A DNA stretch of 64,000 nucleotides from an uncultured Clostridia bacterium (GCA_944384255.1 CALWSS010000012.1:3398-67397), one strand, 5' to 3'; positions 1 through 9,290 are shown, counted from the stretch's first letter. Notes: a model not told the origin generated them from the letters alone. Program-made: numbers and translations.

Positions 1-1116
1 AAAAACCATAAGGCAGGCACACCTGTACGTGAGCCTATTGTTTTGTCAAACATATATCATCTGCCAAAAGATGAGGAGCCTAATTGGAGTGGTGTCGGCC
101 ATGGAATATACACAAGAAACGGTTCGGATAATCAATTTTCCCTTGAGGAAAAAATGGCAGCCATAGAACATGCTCAAGACTGTGCCCTTTTTGCCAGCGG
201 TGTAGCTGCTTTATCAGCCGTTTTTTGGACATTTCTGCCTACAGGCTCTCATGTAATTTGTTCAAAGGTATGCTATGCTGCCGTTAACAAACTTTTTGGT
301 GGAATGCTGACAGAAAGATATAAAATAGAAGCTGATTTTGTAGATACAACAAATATCAACGAAATTAAAGAACACATAAAACATAACACAAAGCTTATAC
401 ATGTTGAAACTCCCGGAAATCCTACCACAGGCATAAGCGACATATCCGAAATTTCAAAATTGGCAAAAGAACATAACATACTTTTATCTGTAGACGGAAC
501 ATTTGCAAGTCCTATATATCAAAAATCTCTTGATTTAGGTGCAGATATAAGCATACACAGCATGACTAAATACATAAACGGCCATGGTGACGCTATGGGT
601 GGATGTGTCTGCTCAACAAAAGAAATAATAGAAAAAATAAAGCTTGGCGCCATGATTAATACAGGCGGAATTATAAGTCCATTTAATGCATGGATAATAG
701 ACAGAGGCCTTATGACACTTCCTTTAAGAATGGAAAAACACAGCAATAACGCTATGGAAATTGCAGAATTTCTTCAAAACCAAAACAATGTAACATTTGT
801 TTACTATCCTGGCCTTGAAAGTCATCCTCAGCACAAATTGGCTTTAAAACAGATGAGTGGTTTTTCCGGTATGCTCTGCTTTGGCATAAAAGGTGATGAT
901 TTAAAACAAAAAGAGTTTTTAAATAAGCTAAAGCTAATAACTTATGCCCTTTCATTAGGCGATACTGACACACTTATTGTTCATACTTCAAAAAGTGATG
1001 CAAAAATAAAAAACTATCCTTTGGAATTTCAAAATGGATTTTTCAGAATGAGTGTAGGACTTGAAAGTGCAAAAGACATTATTGCAGACTTAAAATATGC
1101 TCTTGAGAATTACTGA
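1..1116 (+). CDS. Cys/Met-metabolism PLP-dependent enzyme (methionine gamma-lyase / O-acetylhomoserine sulfhydrylase family), 5' end outside window
   Basis: Frame 1 is open from nt 1 (..HKAGTPVREPIVLSNIYH..), so the listed 43..1116 ORF is cut by the window edge. PLP-lysine motif SMTKYINGHGD, ETPGNPT and C-terminal RMSVGLE are typical of this family. Confidence 0.8.
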   Translation, partial: KNHKAGTPVREPIVLSNIYHLPKDEEPNWSGVGHGIYTRNGSDNQFSLEEKMAAIEHAQDCALFASGVAALSAVFWTFLPTGSHVICSKVCYAAVNKLFGGMLTERYKIEADFVDTTNINEIKEHIKHNTKLIHVETPGNPTTGISDISEISKLAKEHNILLSVDGTFASPIYQKSLDLGADISIHSMTKYINGHGDAMGGCVCSTKEIIEKIKLGAMINTGGIISPFNAWIIDRGLMTLPLRMEKHSNNAMEIAEFLQNQNNVTFVYYPGLESHPQHKLALKQMSGFSGMLCFGIKGDDLKQKEFLNKLKLITYALSLGDTDTLIVHTSKSDAKIKNYPLEFQNGFFRMSVGLESAKDIIADLKYALENY

Positions 1117-1142
1117 AATAAAATCATAATTAATTTCACACA

Positions 1143-1174
1143 AAAACTGCCTTATATTAAAGGCAGTTTTAATA
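1143..1174 (+). terminator. Rho-independent terminator after the PLP-enzyme gene
   Basis: Stem AAAACTGCC (1143-1151) / GGCAGTTTT (1162-1170) with a U-rich tail, 27 nt after the stop codon. Confidence 0.5.
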
Positions 1175-1333
1175 TTATTGATTATATTTTAAAATGAAAT
1201 AAACAAAAATATTTATATGCTTAAATAATCTAATAAAAAACCGGTTTAAATAACTGTTAGTATTACTTTAAAATATTTAAAAACTAAAAAGGTGCCTAAA
1301 GCTATACTTAATAACTTTAAACACCTTTTAAAA

Positions 1334-1406
1334 CAGGGGCAGAAGGACTCGAACCCTCGACATTTGGTTTTGGAGACCAACGTTCTACCAACTGAACTAT
1401 ACCCCT
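1334..1406 (-). tRNA. tRNA-Trp (anticodon CCA)
   Basis: The reverse complement folds as a cloverleaf: acceptor AGGGGTA/TGCCCCT, anticodon loop CTCCAAA, T-loop GGTTCGAGTCC. Confidence 0.9.
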
Positions 1407-1414
1407 TTATTAAA

Positions 1415-1486
1415 CTCCCCGAGTAGGATTCGAACCTACGACCCACCGGTTAACAGCCGGTTGCTCTACCGCTGAGCTATCGAGGA
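1415..1486 (-). tRNA. tRNA-Asn (anticodon GTT)
   Basis: Reverse complement TCCTCGATAGCTCAGCGGTAGAGC..., anticodon stem-loop ACCGG-CTGTTAA-CCGGT, T-arm GTAGGTTCGAATCCTAC. Confidence 0.9.
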
Positions 1487-1537
1487 TTATCAGCGATATT
1501 AATTTTACCACAACAACCTGCAAAAATCAACATAAAA

Positions 1538-1626
1538 CGGAGAAAGTGGGATTTGAACCCACGCGCCGCTATTAACGACCTACTCCCTTTCCAGGGGAGC
1601 CCCTTCAACCACTTGGGTACTTCTCC
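1538..1626 (-). tRNA. tRNA-Ser (anticodon GGA), long variable arm
   Basis: Reverse complement GGAGAAGTACCCAAGTGGTTGAAGGGG.., anticodon stem-loop CTCCC-CTGGAAA-GGGAG, long variable arm, T-arm GTGGGTTCAAATCCCAC. Confidence 0.9.
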
Positions 1627-1652
1627 AAATGCTTTACTCCATAACATAAAAA

Positions 1653-1741
<89 letters not shown>

Positions 1742-1841
1742 ACATAGTATTCAGTTCCGTGCTTTTTGTTTTCTGTCGAGCACGTGTTATATAATACTAC
1801 TATCGCCGTAATTTGTCAACAAAAAATTTAAAATTTTTTTA

Positions 1842-2045
1842 TTATTTTTTTTCTTTGTTTTTACACTTTATTTTAGCCGATATTTTTCCGCCTAATTTTC
1901 CGCTTTCACGTGATGTAAGGCTTTTCCATCCCTGCTCTTTTATTTTATCAAAAAGCCCAATCTCTTTTGCCATTTCAAGTTTAAGTTTTTCTTTCTCGGC
2001 TTTAATTTTTTTTGCTTCTATTTTATCAATTTCTTTCTTATCCAT
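1842..2045 (-). CDS. small acid-soluble spore protein, alpha/beta type (SASP)-like
   Basis: 67 aa. KLKLEMAKEIG ... LTSRESGKLGGKISAKI matches the two conserved SASP blocks (KLEIA.E.G and T[ST]R..G..GG.I[TS]K). The antisense ORF 1813..2064 is low complexity. Confidence 0.65.
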   Translation of the reverse strand: MDKKEIDKIEAKKIKAEKEKLKLEMAKEIGLFDKIKEQGWKSLTSRESGKLGGKISAKIKCKNKEKK

Positions 2046-2118
2046 AATAACTGCCTCCTTATAAAACTTCTGCTTTTTATAGTCTGCCTAAAAGTATCTA
2101 TATTATTCATTAAAATAT

Positions 2119-2147
2119 TTGACATGAACTGCTTTTGGTGCTAATAT
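2119..2147 (+). promoter_or_regulatory. sigma-A type promoter for the lysine-riboswitch leader
   Basis: TTGACA (2119-2124), 17-nt spacer, TAATAT (2142-2147), immediately upstream of the L-box. Confidence 0.45.
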
Positions 2148-2157
2148 GATTTTAATT

Positions 2158-2335
2158 GAAAGTAGAGGCGCGTTTTCCATCAGTAACTGCATTTACGCTT
2201 TTATCCGCAAGCGGTTAATAATTCAGCAAAAGGGGCAAACGCCGAAGGAAGCGTTAGGCGGTATTCGCTTTCTGGGCGGTAAGTTAACAGCTTGCCGACT
2301 GTCATCTTTTAAGATGGAGTGCTACTGAATATATC
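2158..2335 (+). promoter_or_regulatory. lysine riboswitch (L-box) in the leader of asd-dapA-dapB
   Basis: Conserved L-box blocks in order: GTAGAGGCGC, CAGTAA, AAAGGGGCAAACGCCGAAGGAAG, CTGTCATC, TGGAGTGCTACTG (closing P1). It lies upstream of lysine-pathway genes. The listed ORF 2146..2328 is therefore not coding. Confidence 0.8.
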
Positions 2336-2438
2336 ATTTGCTTGGCAGCCGTATTGCACCGACTATGATTTATTTGGTGGTGTGTACAGGCTTTTTTATT
2401 GCCTGAATATCAATTTTACACAGGAGTGATTATTTAAA

Positions 2439-3434
2439 ATGAGAAAGGTAAATCTCGCTGTTGTAGGCGCAACAGGTATGGTAGGAAGAACCTTCCTTAA
2501 GGTTCTTGAAGAAAGAAATCTTCCAATTGATAATTTTTATGTAATGGCTTCAGCTCGTTCAGCAGGAAGCAAGCTTACTTTTATGGGTAAGGAATATACA
2601 GTTGAGGAGCTTACAGAACATTCTTTTGACAAACCTATTGATATAGCTCTTTTTTCAGCCGGCGGAAGCACAAGTGCAAAATTTGCACCTATTGCCGCAG
2701 AACATGGCTGTATAGTAGTTGATAACTCAGCTCAGTGGAGACAGGACCCTAAGGTTCCTCTTGTAGTGCCTGAGGTTAACCCAGAGGATATTAAGTGGAA
2801 CAGCGGCATTATAGCTAACCCTAACTGCTCTACTATTCAGGCAATGGTTGTTTTAAAACCATTAGACGATAAATATAAAATTAAAAGAGTTGTTTACTCT
2901 ACATATCAGGCAGTTTCAGGGGCAGGTGTTGCAGGCTGGAAAGACCTTGAAAACGGTCTTAAAGGCGAAGCACCTAAAAAGTTCCCTCATCCTATAGCAA
3001 ATAACTGTCTTCCTCATATAGACGTTTTCCTTGATAACGGATATACTAAAGAAGAAATGAAAATGATTTGGGAAACAAGAAAAATACTTCATCATCCGGA
3101 TATGCGTGTTACAGCAACAACCGTTCGTGTACCTGTATTTAACAGCCACAGCGAATCTATAAATGTAGAGTTTGAAAATCCAGTTGACATTAACGAAGTT
3201 AGAGAAATTCTTTCAAAGGCTCCAGGTGTTATTGTAAAAGATAACCCTGCTAACAACGAATACCCTCTTGCTATTGAAGCAGCAGGAAAAGACGAAGTAT
3301 TTGTCGGCAGAATCCGCCGTGACGAGAGTGTTGAAAACGGTATTAACATTTGGGTTGTAGCCGATAACATAAGAAAAGGCGCAGCAACAAACGCCGTTCA
3401 GATAGCACAGCTTATTGTAAACTCACTTAATTAA
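2439..3434 (+). CDS. asd: aspartate-semialdehyde dehydrogenase
   Basis: N-terminal VGATGMVGR Rossmann motif, active-site IANPNCSTI, 331 aa, pathway context with dapA/dapB. Confidence 0.95.
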   Translation: MRKVNLAVVGATGMVGRTFLKVLEERNLPIDNFYVMASARSAGSKLTFMGKEYTVEELTEHSFDKPIDIALFSAGGSTSAKFAPIAAEHGCIVVDNSAQWRQDPKVPLVVPEVNPEDIKWNSGIIANPNCSTIQAMVVLKPLDDKYKIKRVVYSTYQAVSGAGVAGWKDLENGLKGEAPKKFPHPIANNCLPHIDVFLDNGYTKEEMKMIWETRKILHHPDMRVTATTVRVPVFNSHSESINVEFENPVDINEVREILSKAPGVIVKDNPANNEYPLAIEAAGKDEVFVGRIRRDESVENGINIWVVADNIRKGAATNAVQIAQLIVNSLN

Positions 3435-3457
3435 TGGTTTAAAAGGAGGAAAAGTAA

Positions 3458-4333
3458 ATGTCAATTTTCACAGGCTCAGCAGTAGCCATTATCACACCAT
3501 TTAACAATGATGGTTCAATTAATTACGAAGCATTTAAAAACATGGTAGAATCTCAGATTGCCGCCGGTACAGACGGTATTGTTGTAGCAGGCACAACAGG
3601 CGAGGCTTCAACTATCGACGATGCAGAACAGATTAAACTTATTAAATACTGTGTTGATGTTGTAAATAAGAGAGTTCCTGTTATAGCAGGTGCCGGAAGC
3701 AACGACACAGCTCATGCAATCGAGCTTGCTAAAGAAGCTGAAAAAGCTGGTTCAGACGCCCTTCTTATTGTTACACCTTACTACAACAAAACAACACAGA
3801 AAGGTCTTATTAAGCACTATACAGCAATAGCTGAAAGCGTTAATATTCCTATTATTGTTTACAGTGTAGCAGGCCGTACAGGTATGAACATTACTCCTGC
3901 AACAGTTAAAGAACTTGCTAAAGTTAAAAACATTGTTGCTATTAAAGAAGCAAGCGGCGACCTTTCACAGATTGCTAAAATTGCCGAATCCTGCGATATA
4001 GATATTTATTCAGGCAATGACGACCAGACACTCCCTATACTTTCATTAGGCGGAAAAGGCGTTATATCAGTTCTTGCAAATGTTATGCCTAAAGAAGTTC
4101 ACGAAATGTGTGAGAAATTCTTTGCTAACGATGTAGCAGGTGCAAGAGAGATTTTCTTAAATACTCTTGCATTAGCAAATGCATTATTTATTGAAACAAA
4201 CCCAATACCAGTAAAGACAGCATGCAATCTTATGGGTATGAATGCCGGCATTCTTAAAGCTCCTTTATACGACATGGAGAGCGCTAACCTTGAGGTTCTT
4301 AAAGCTGAACTTAAAAAACACAACCTTATTTAA
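3458..4333 (+). CDS. dapA: 4-hydroxy-tetrahydrodipicolinate synthase
   Basis: GTTGEASTI motif, TPYYNK, Schiff-base lysine context IVAIKEASGD, 291 aa; GGAGG RBS upstream. Confidence 0.95.
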   Translation: MSIFTGSAVAIITPFNNDGSINYEAFKNMVESQIAAGTDGIVVAGTTGEASTIDDAEQIKLIKYCVDVVNKRVPVIAGAGSNDTAHAIELAKEAEKAGSDALLIVTPYYNKTTQKGLIKHYTAIAESVNIPIIVYSVAGRTGMNITPATVKELAKVKNIVAIKEASGDLSQIAKIAESCDIDIYSGNDDQTLPILSLGGKGVISVLANVMPKEVHEMCEKFFANDVAGAREIFLNTLALANALFIETNPIPVKTACNLMGMNAGILKAPLYDMESANLEVLKAELKKHNLI

Positions 4334-4424
4334 TTACATAGGTTAATTAAACTTTAAACGGCGCGGAAAACAAATTCTGCGCCATTTTTAAATTAAATAA
4401 AATATGGAAAAGAGGTTTTTAATT

Positions 4425-5177
4425 ATGATAAATGTTATAATTCACGGCTGCGGCGGCAAAATGGGAAAAGTCGTAGAAGGCCTTGTAAAAGAAGACAGCC
4501 AATTAACAGTAGCAGCCGGTATAGACCCAAGAGATATACAGGCAGATTATCCTGTATTCCATTCAGTCGATGAGTGCACAGTAAAAGGCGATGTTATAAT
4601 AGATTTTTCAACAGCTTCCGCTATACCTGCCCTTCTTGATTACTGCGTAAAGACAGGAACTCCTGCTGTTTTATGCACAACAGGTTTTTCTGATGAGCTT
4701 AATAATAAAGTAAAAGAAGCTTCAAAGTCTGTTGCAATACTTAAATCAGCCAACATGTCAGTTGGTGTAAACCTTATTATGAATCTTGTTAAAAAAGCTG
4801 CTGAAGCTCTTTATGACTCAGGATTTGATATTGAAATTCTTGAAAAACACCATAATCAGAAAATAGATGCACCAAGCGGCACAGCTATTGCCATTGCTGA
4901 CTCTATAAACGAAGCTCTTGACGGAAAGCTTAACTATGTATACGACCGTTCACAAGTTAGGGAAAAACGTACCCGTGACCAGCTTGGCATAAGTGCTATA
5001 AGAGGCGGCACAATAGTTGGTGAGCATGACGTTATATTTGCCGGAAAAGATGAAATAATAACTCTCAGCCACTCAGCTTTAAGTAAAGAAATATTTGCTG
5101 TAGGTGCTGTTAAAGCCGCTAAATTCCTTGCAGGAAAACCAGCGGGATTTTACACAATGAAAGAAGTTCTTGAATAA
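4425..5177 (+). CDS. dapB: 4-hydroxy-tetrahydrodipicolinate reductase
   Basis: GCGGKMG dinucleotide motif, E.HHNQK.DAPSGTA catalytic block. The ATG at 4425 has an AAGAGG RBS 8 nt upstream, so it is preferred over the listed 4404 start. Confidence 0.9.
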   Translation: MINVIIHGCGGKMGKVVEGLVKEDSQLTVAAGIDPRDIQADYPVFHSVDECTVKGDVIIDFSTASAIPALLDYCVKTGTPAVLCTTGFSDELNNKVKEASKSVAILKSANMSVGVNLIMNLVKKAAEALYDSGFDIEILEKHHNQKIDAPSGTAIAIADSINEALDGKLNYVYDRSQVREKRTRDQLGISAIRGGTIVGEHDVIFAGKDEIITLSHSALSKEIFAVGAVKAAKFLAGKPAGFYTMKEVLE

Positions 5178-5194
5178 TTCATAAACAACAAAAG

Positions 5195-5231
5195 CCTCTG
5201 TTTTATATAAAATATAAAGCAGAGGTTTTTA
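5195..5231 (+). terminator. Rho-independent terminator of asd-dapA-dapB
   Basis: Extended hairpin CCTCTGTTTTATAT..ATATAAAGCAGAGG followed by TTTTT. Confidence 0.6.
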
Positions 5232-5372
5232 TATTATTAAAAGCAACCAAACTGAAAAACTTATAGATTTTATAAACAATAAATTTATGGCTTAATTTTT
5301 TTACTGAAATATGTTTATATATTAATACTACTTCATATCTCAGTTATTAATATTAGTCCTCAATAAAATATA

Positions 5373-5419
5373 AAAAACGAACCTGAATTAATTTACTTAA
5401 AGCAAACTTAATCAGGTTC
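5373..5419 (-). terminator. Rho-independent terminator downstream of the adenosyltransferase gene
   Basis: On the minus strand GAACCTGATTAA ... TTAATTCAGGTTC followed by GTTTTTT. Confidence 0.5.
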
Positions 5420-5499
5420 ATTTAATATTTCTTATAATTTTTTATATCACTGTATTGACAAGCCTATGTTTAATACATGAGCTTATAAACTGAATATGT

Positions 5500-5979
5500 T
5501 TATTTTTTTTCTATGTTTATACTGTAAACATAGTCGGCACACTGGGCTATATCATCATATTTATGGCTTCCGGTAACTATAATATCCATATTATTGTTTC
5601 TTTTATTAATCAGTTCAACAATATCTTTTGATGTTATAAATCCAGCATCAACGGCATCAGTTATTCCGTCAAGAATAAGCATGTCACATTCGCCGGTTTC
5701 AATTATTTTTCTGCTGAAGTTATAAGCAAGATTTATTTCATTTGAAAGCTCGCCTTTATCGGCATCAAGATAGCTTTCTCTCTGTTTTTCAAACCTGAAA
5801 GCTCTGAATTCCGGCTCAAGTTTTTTAAGCGGAATATATTCCTTGTTGTGGTTGTAATCCAAAAACTGCACCATAACAACAGAACAATACTCACCTATGG
5901 CTCTCATTCCCTGACCAATAGCAAGGGTTGTCTTTCCTCTGCCTTCGCCGTAATACAAAAACACGTTTCCTTTTCTCAT
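5500..5979 (-). CDS. cob(I)yrinic acid a,c-diamide adenosyltransferase (CobO/BtuR family)
   Basis: P-loop GEGRGKTTLAIGQGMRAIG, VVMVQFL, ILDGI..A...G, IIVTG ... ADYV; this is the layout of the CobA/CobO/BtuR family. Confidence 0.7.
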   Translation of the reverse strand: MRKGNVFLYYGEGRGKTTLAIGQGMRAIGEYCSVVMVQFLDYNHNKEYIPLKKLEPEFRAFRFEKQRESYLDADKGELSNEINLAYNFSRKIIETGECDMLILDGITDAVDAGFITSKDIVELINKRNNNMDIIVTGSHKYDDIAQCADYVYSINIEKK

Positions 5980-6076
5980 GTCAATACCTCCAAGGCTAAA
6001 ATTGCGCCTAAGAAATAATATATCATAAACACGTTCTTGTCAATGAAATAACGACAGATTATCACAAAATAATTAT

Positions 6077-6703
6077 TTATTCTGCATTGTCAGCAGTTGA
6101 CACTTTTTCTATTCTTGATACCGAAATTTCATAAGCTGTTTTTTCTTCAACACCGTCAGGTGTTCTTTTCTGATACTTTCTGCTTTGAATTCTTCCGGTA
6201 ATTTTAATATTATCTCCCACAGCAAGTCTTCCGGCAAATCTTGCATTCCTTCCCCATACAATACATGGTATGTAATCCGATTTGTTGTATGCTCTGTTTA
6301 CGGCAACAAGTAAATCAGTAATTTCACGACCCATAGGCGTAACACGGTATACAGGCTCACGGCAAATAAACCCGTTTATTTCTATTTTATTATCATTTTC
6401 GCTTTTATCATAAAACAGTTCTCTGGCAAAAACCGATATAATAAGCTTGCTTTTAGGCCCGGAGCAATTATTATAACTTCTTACTTGGCCGTCAATTTTT
6501 ACATTTCTACCGACTAATATGTCACTTTTGTCAAAGAGCCTTTCCGAAATAGTTATAGGTATAATATCCTCACTGCCGCTTAGCCTTTTTACGGCTAAAT
6601 TAAAATTATAAAATCCTTCGCCATATATTTTGTGGCTGAAAACACAGTCGGACTCTATACGTCCTGAAATTTCTATCCTGTTATTCTCGTTAACATTATC
6701 CAT
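6077..6703 (-). CDS. OB-fold single-stranded-DNA-binding-like protein with internal duplication
   Basis: Two similar halves (IEISGRIESD..VGRNVKIDGQVRSYN and IEINGFICRE..VGDNIKITGRIQSRKY) resemble SSB/PriB OB folds. No acidic DDDxPF-type C-terminal tip. Confidence 0.4.
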   Translation of the reverse strand: MDNVNENNRIEISGRIESDCVFSHKIYGEGFYNFNLAVKRLSGSEDIIPITISERLFDKSDILVGRNVKIDGQVRSYNNCSGPKSKLIISVFARELFYDKSENDNKIEINGFICREPVYRVTPMGREITDLLVAVNRAYNKSDYIPCIVWGRNARFAGRLAVGDNIKITGRIQSRKYQKRTPDGVEEKTAYEISVSRIEKVSTADNAE

Positions 6704-7202
6704 AAGTTTTTCTCCCCTTTAAGCATGGCTGTGTAATTTACAATTATAAATATTCCGCCAGATTGCTTAATATGCTTAGGATTATATAATCGTTTCTTCA
6801 CATATATAAAAATTATATTCAAAAACAAATTATACTATGAAATTATAACAGTTTTTTACAAAAAGCACAACAATAGTATTAAAAAAATATATTCAAATGA
6901 AATTAATTTTAGTTTAATAATTAAATTTAATGGATAAATGCCATAAATTAAATATAAATTTTTGTTTACATTTTCGGAAATAAAATAAATTTAAAAAGCT
7001 TAAATTAAAGAATGTATAATTCAAGTATAATACACAAGTATATTTATCAAAATACTTTCTAATTTGAAAACTTAAACATATATCATTTCATAAAACAGAA
7101 CTTTTTATTATTAATAATAAAATAAATCTTAATATTTTTAAATTTAATAATATATAAAAATTTTAAATATTCATTTATGCATTTTTTATTTAATCAATAT
7201 TA

Positions 7203-7236
7203 AAAGGCCCTCTTTAAAAATATATTGAGAGCCTTT
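7203..7236 (-). terminator. terminator of the glnA-ANTAR operon
   Basis: Minus-strand stem AAAGGCTCTC / GAGGGCCTTT (one mismatch) followed by a U-rich stretch, 13 nt after the stop at 7249. Confidence 0.45.
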
Positions 7237-7248
7237 AATAAATTATTT

Positions 7249-7812
7249 TTATCCGTTAAGTATATTTCTTGCAGTGTCAACCATTTTCATGCCATGGTTC
7301 ATACTGCTTTTCTGCAAAAACCTGTGAGCCGCTTCTTCAGTTACTTTGTATTTATTCATTAAATACAGCTTTGCACGCTCTATTATAATATCATCCTCAG
7401 ATGTTCTAAAACCTTTATGGCTTTCTTTATTTTTTTCGTCAGAACTTAGGTGAAGCTCGTTAACATAATTTAAAATCATGTTTACAGTTTTTATAACATC
7501 AACTTTAGTAACCGGAAGGACCAATGAAAATATATCCTCATTATCCACCAAGTCAGCCTGTTTTCTTGATAACAAAACAAGCATACCAAATGTGTCAGGC
7601 AGCATTTCGTATATATCAGTATGCAGCATATGAGCTACTTTATAGCCGCATATAACAATGCCTCCGGCACTTTCATTAGCCGCCCTTATGACTTCATCGC
7701 CGTTGGTGCATATAAAAACATTATACAGACCGTTTGCTGTAACAATATCCTTAACGGCCTCGCCTTTTTTTCTGTCAGTAAACCCGATAATCACATTATC
7801 CATTAAAACCAC
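7249..7812 (-). CDS. ANTAR-domain RNA-binding antiterminator with pseudo-receiver N-terminus
   Basis: C-terminal IIERAKLYLMNKYKVTEEAAHRFLQKSSMNHGMKMVDTARNIL matches the ANTAR three-helix pattern. The N-terminal receiver-like fold lacks an obvious phospho-acceptor Asp (..GGIVICGYKV..). It lies directly downstream of glnA. Confidence 0.75.
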   Translation of the reverse strand: MVLMDNVIIGFTDRKKGEAVKDIVTANGLYNVFICTNGDEVIRAANESAGGIVICGYKVAHMLHTDIYEMLPDTFGMLVLLSRKQADLVDNEDIFSLVLPVTKVDVIKTVNMILNYVNELHLSSDEKNKESHKGFRTSEDDIIIERAKLYLMNKYKVTEEAAHRFLQKSSMNHGMKMVDTARNILNG

Positions 7813-7829
7813 TCCACACCGGCAGCCAA

Positions 7830-9164
7830 TTAGTAAATATTAAGATATTTGTCAATCTCCCAGCGGTTAACAGTGTTGCAGTAATCTTTCCACTCTTCTT
7901 TTTTTGCCATTAAATACTTATTATATACATCTATTCCAAGAGCCTGTTTGATAACATCATCTTTTTCAAACTCCTTTATGGCTTCACCTAATGTTTCAGG
8001 CAGTCTGCTTATACCTAATTCCGCTCTCTGTTTATCAGTCATTTCATAAATATTTCCGTTTACACAGTCAGGAGCCGTCATATTTTTTTCTATTCCGTCA
8101 AGACCGGCACACAGTATAGCAGCAAATGCCAAATACGGATTTACAGACACATCCGGATTTCTAAGCTCAATTCTTGTACTTTCACCACGGCCGGAAGGTA
8201 TTCTTATAAGAGGGCTTCTGTTGGCAACAGACCATGCAATATAAGAAGGCGCTTCAAAGCCTGTATTTAATCTTTTGTAAGAATTTACAATAGGGTTTGT
8301 AATTAGCGAAAGACCTTTCATGTGGTATAAAACACCGGCTAAAAACTGATAAGCCGTTTTGCTCATACCTATTTTACGTTCATCATTTTCATCACAGAAA
8401 ATATCTTTTCCGTCTTTTGAAAGGGAGATATTAATATGCATTCCCGAACCGCTCTGGCCGTTTAATGGCTTAGGCATAAATGAAGCAAATACACCGTTTC
8501 TTTGAGCTATAGTCTTAACAACAAGCTTAAGAGTTACTATATTATCTGCCGCTGTTAAAGCATCTGTATACTTAAAATCAACCTCATGCTGCCCAAAAGC
8601 CTGCTCATGGTGGCTTGATTCTATTTCGTAGCCCATATCTTCAAGAGTAAGGCAGATTTCACGCCTTGTATTTTCGCCTCTGTCTACAGGACCCAAATCA
8701 AAATAAGAACCTCTATCATGCGGTTTAATAATAGGCTCACCGCTGTCGTCAGTCTGAAAAAGGAAGAATTCACACTCAGGACCAACATTAAATACGTATC
8801 CCATGTTTTTAGCCTTTTCAAGAGCCTTCTTAAGCACATACCTTGGTGAACCTATAAAAGGAGTTCCGTCGGCATTAAGAAGGTCACAAATAAACCTTGC
8901 CACCTTACCATGCTGAGGGCGCCACGGGAAAATAGCAAACGTATCAAGGTCTGGCTTAAGGTACATGTCAGACTCCTCTATTCTTACAAAACCGTCAATA
9001 GCTGAGCCGTCAAACATACAACGTCCGTCAAGCACCTTTTCAAGCTGGCTTACAGTAACTGCTATATTTTTAAGTGCTCCAAACATATCCGTAAACTGGA
9101 GCCTTATAAACTTAACATCATTTTCACCTATTAACATTCTTATATCGTCTTTTGTATTACTCAC
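7830..9164 (-). CDS. glnA: glutamine synthetase, type I
   Basis: 444 aa. FTDMFG, GPECEFFLF, SGMHINISL, NPYLAFAA motifs. GTG start with a GGAGG RBS 7 nt upstream. Confidence 0.95.
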   Translation of the reverse strand: MSNTKDDIRMLIGENDVKFIRLQFTDMFGALKNIAVTVSQLEKVLDGRCMFDGSAIDGFVRIEESDMYLKPDLDTFAIFPWRPQHGKVARFICDLLNADGTPFIGSPRYVLKKALEKAKNMGYVFNVGPECEFFLFQTDDSGEPIIKPHDRGSYFDLGPVDRGENTRREICLTLEDMGYEIESSHHEQAFGQHEVDFKYTDALTAADNIVTLKLVVKTIAQRNGVFASFMPKPLNGQSGSGMHINISLSKDGKDIFCDENDERKIGMSKTAYQFLAGVLYHMKGLSLITNPIVNSYKRLNTGFEAPSYIAWSVANRSPLIRIPSGRGESTRIELRNPDVSVNPYLAFAAILCAGLDGIEKNMTAPDCVNGNIYEMTDKQRAELGISRLPETLGEAIKEFEKDDVIKQALGIDVYNKYLMAKKEEWKDYCNTVNRWEIDKYLNIY

Positions 9165-9202
9165 AACAATACCTCCGTTAAATAATACTATAGTTATAGA
9201 CT

Positions 9203-9242
9203 AAAAAAGCAAAAAGACGTCTCCAAAAAAGGAAACGTCTTT
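9203..9242 (-). terminator. intrinsic terminator inside the glnA leader (candidate antitermination target)
   Basis: Minus strand AAAGACGTTTCC-TTTTTT-GGAGACGTCTTT followed by TTGCTTTTTT. It lies between the predicted promoter (9253-9280) and the glnA RBS. Confidence 0.55.
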
Positions 9243-9252
9243 GTCTACCTAC

Positions 9253-9280
9253 ATTATACTGCATAAGCAGTATATGTCAA
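9253..9280 (-). promoter_or_regulatory. near-consensus sigma-A promoter for glnA
   Basis: Minus strand TTGACA (9280-9275), 16-nt spacer, TATAAT (9258-9253), starting 11 nt after the truA stop. Confidence 0.5.
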
Positions 9281-9290
9281 TACCATAAAC

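Noticed and set aside
1813-2064. 83-aa + strand ORF antisense to the SASP gene
   Set aside because: It is a low-complexity Phe/Ser/Leu translation of the antisense of a Lys/Glu-rich gene. The minus-strand SASP motifs are much more convincing.
2146-2328. 60-aa ORF on the + strand upstream of asd
   Set aside because: It coincides exactly with the lysine riboswitch (conserved L-box blocks) and has no RBS, so it is treated as non-coding RNA structure.
6704-7202. ~500-bp ORF-free, extremely AT-rich spacer; a similar one lies at 12904-13411
   Set aside because: I looked for CRISPR-like repeats, iterons, tRNA/sRNA-like structure and long inverted repeats. I saw only simple A/T-rich low complexity, probably promoter or curved-DNA regions.
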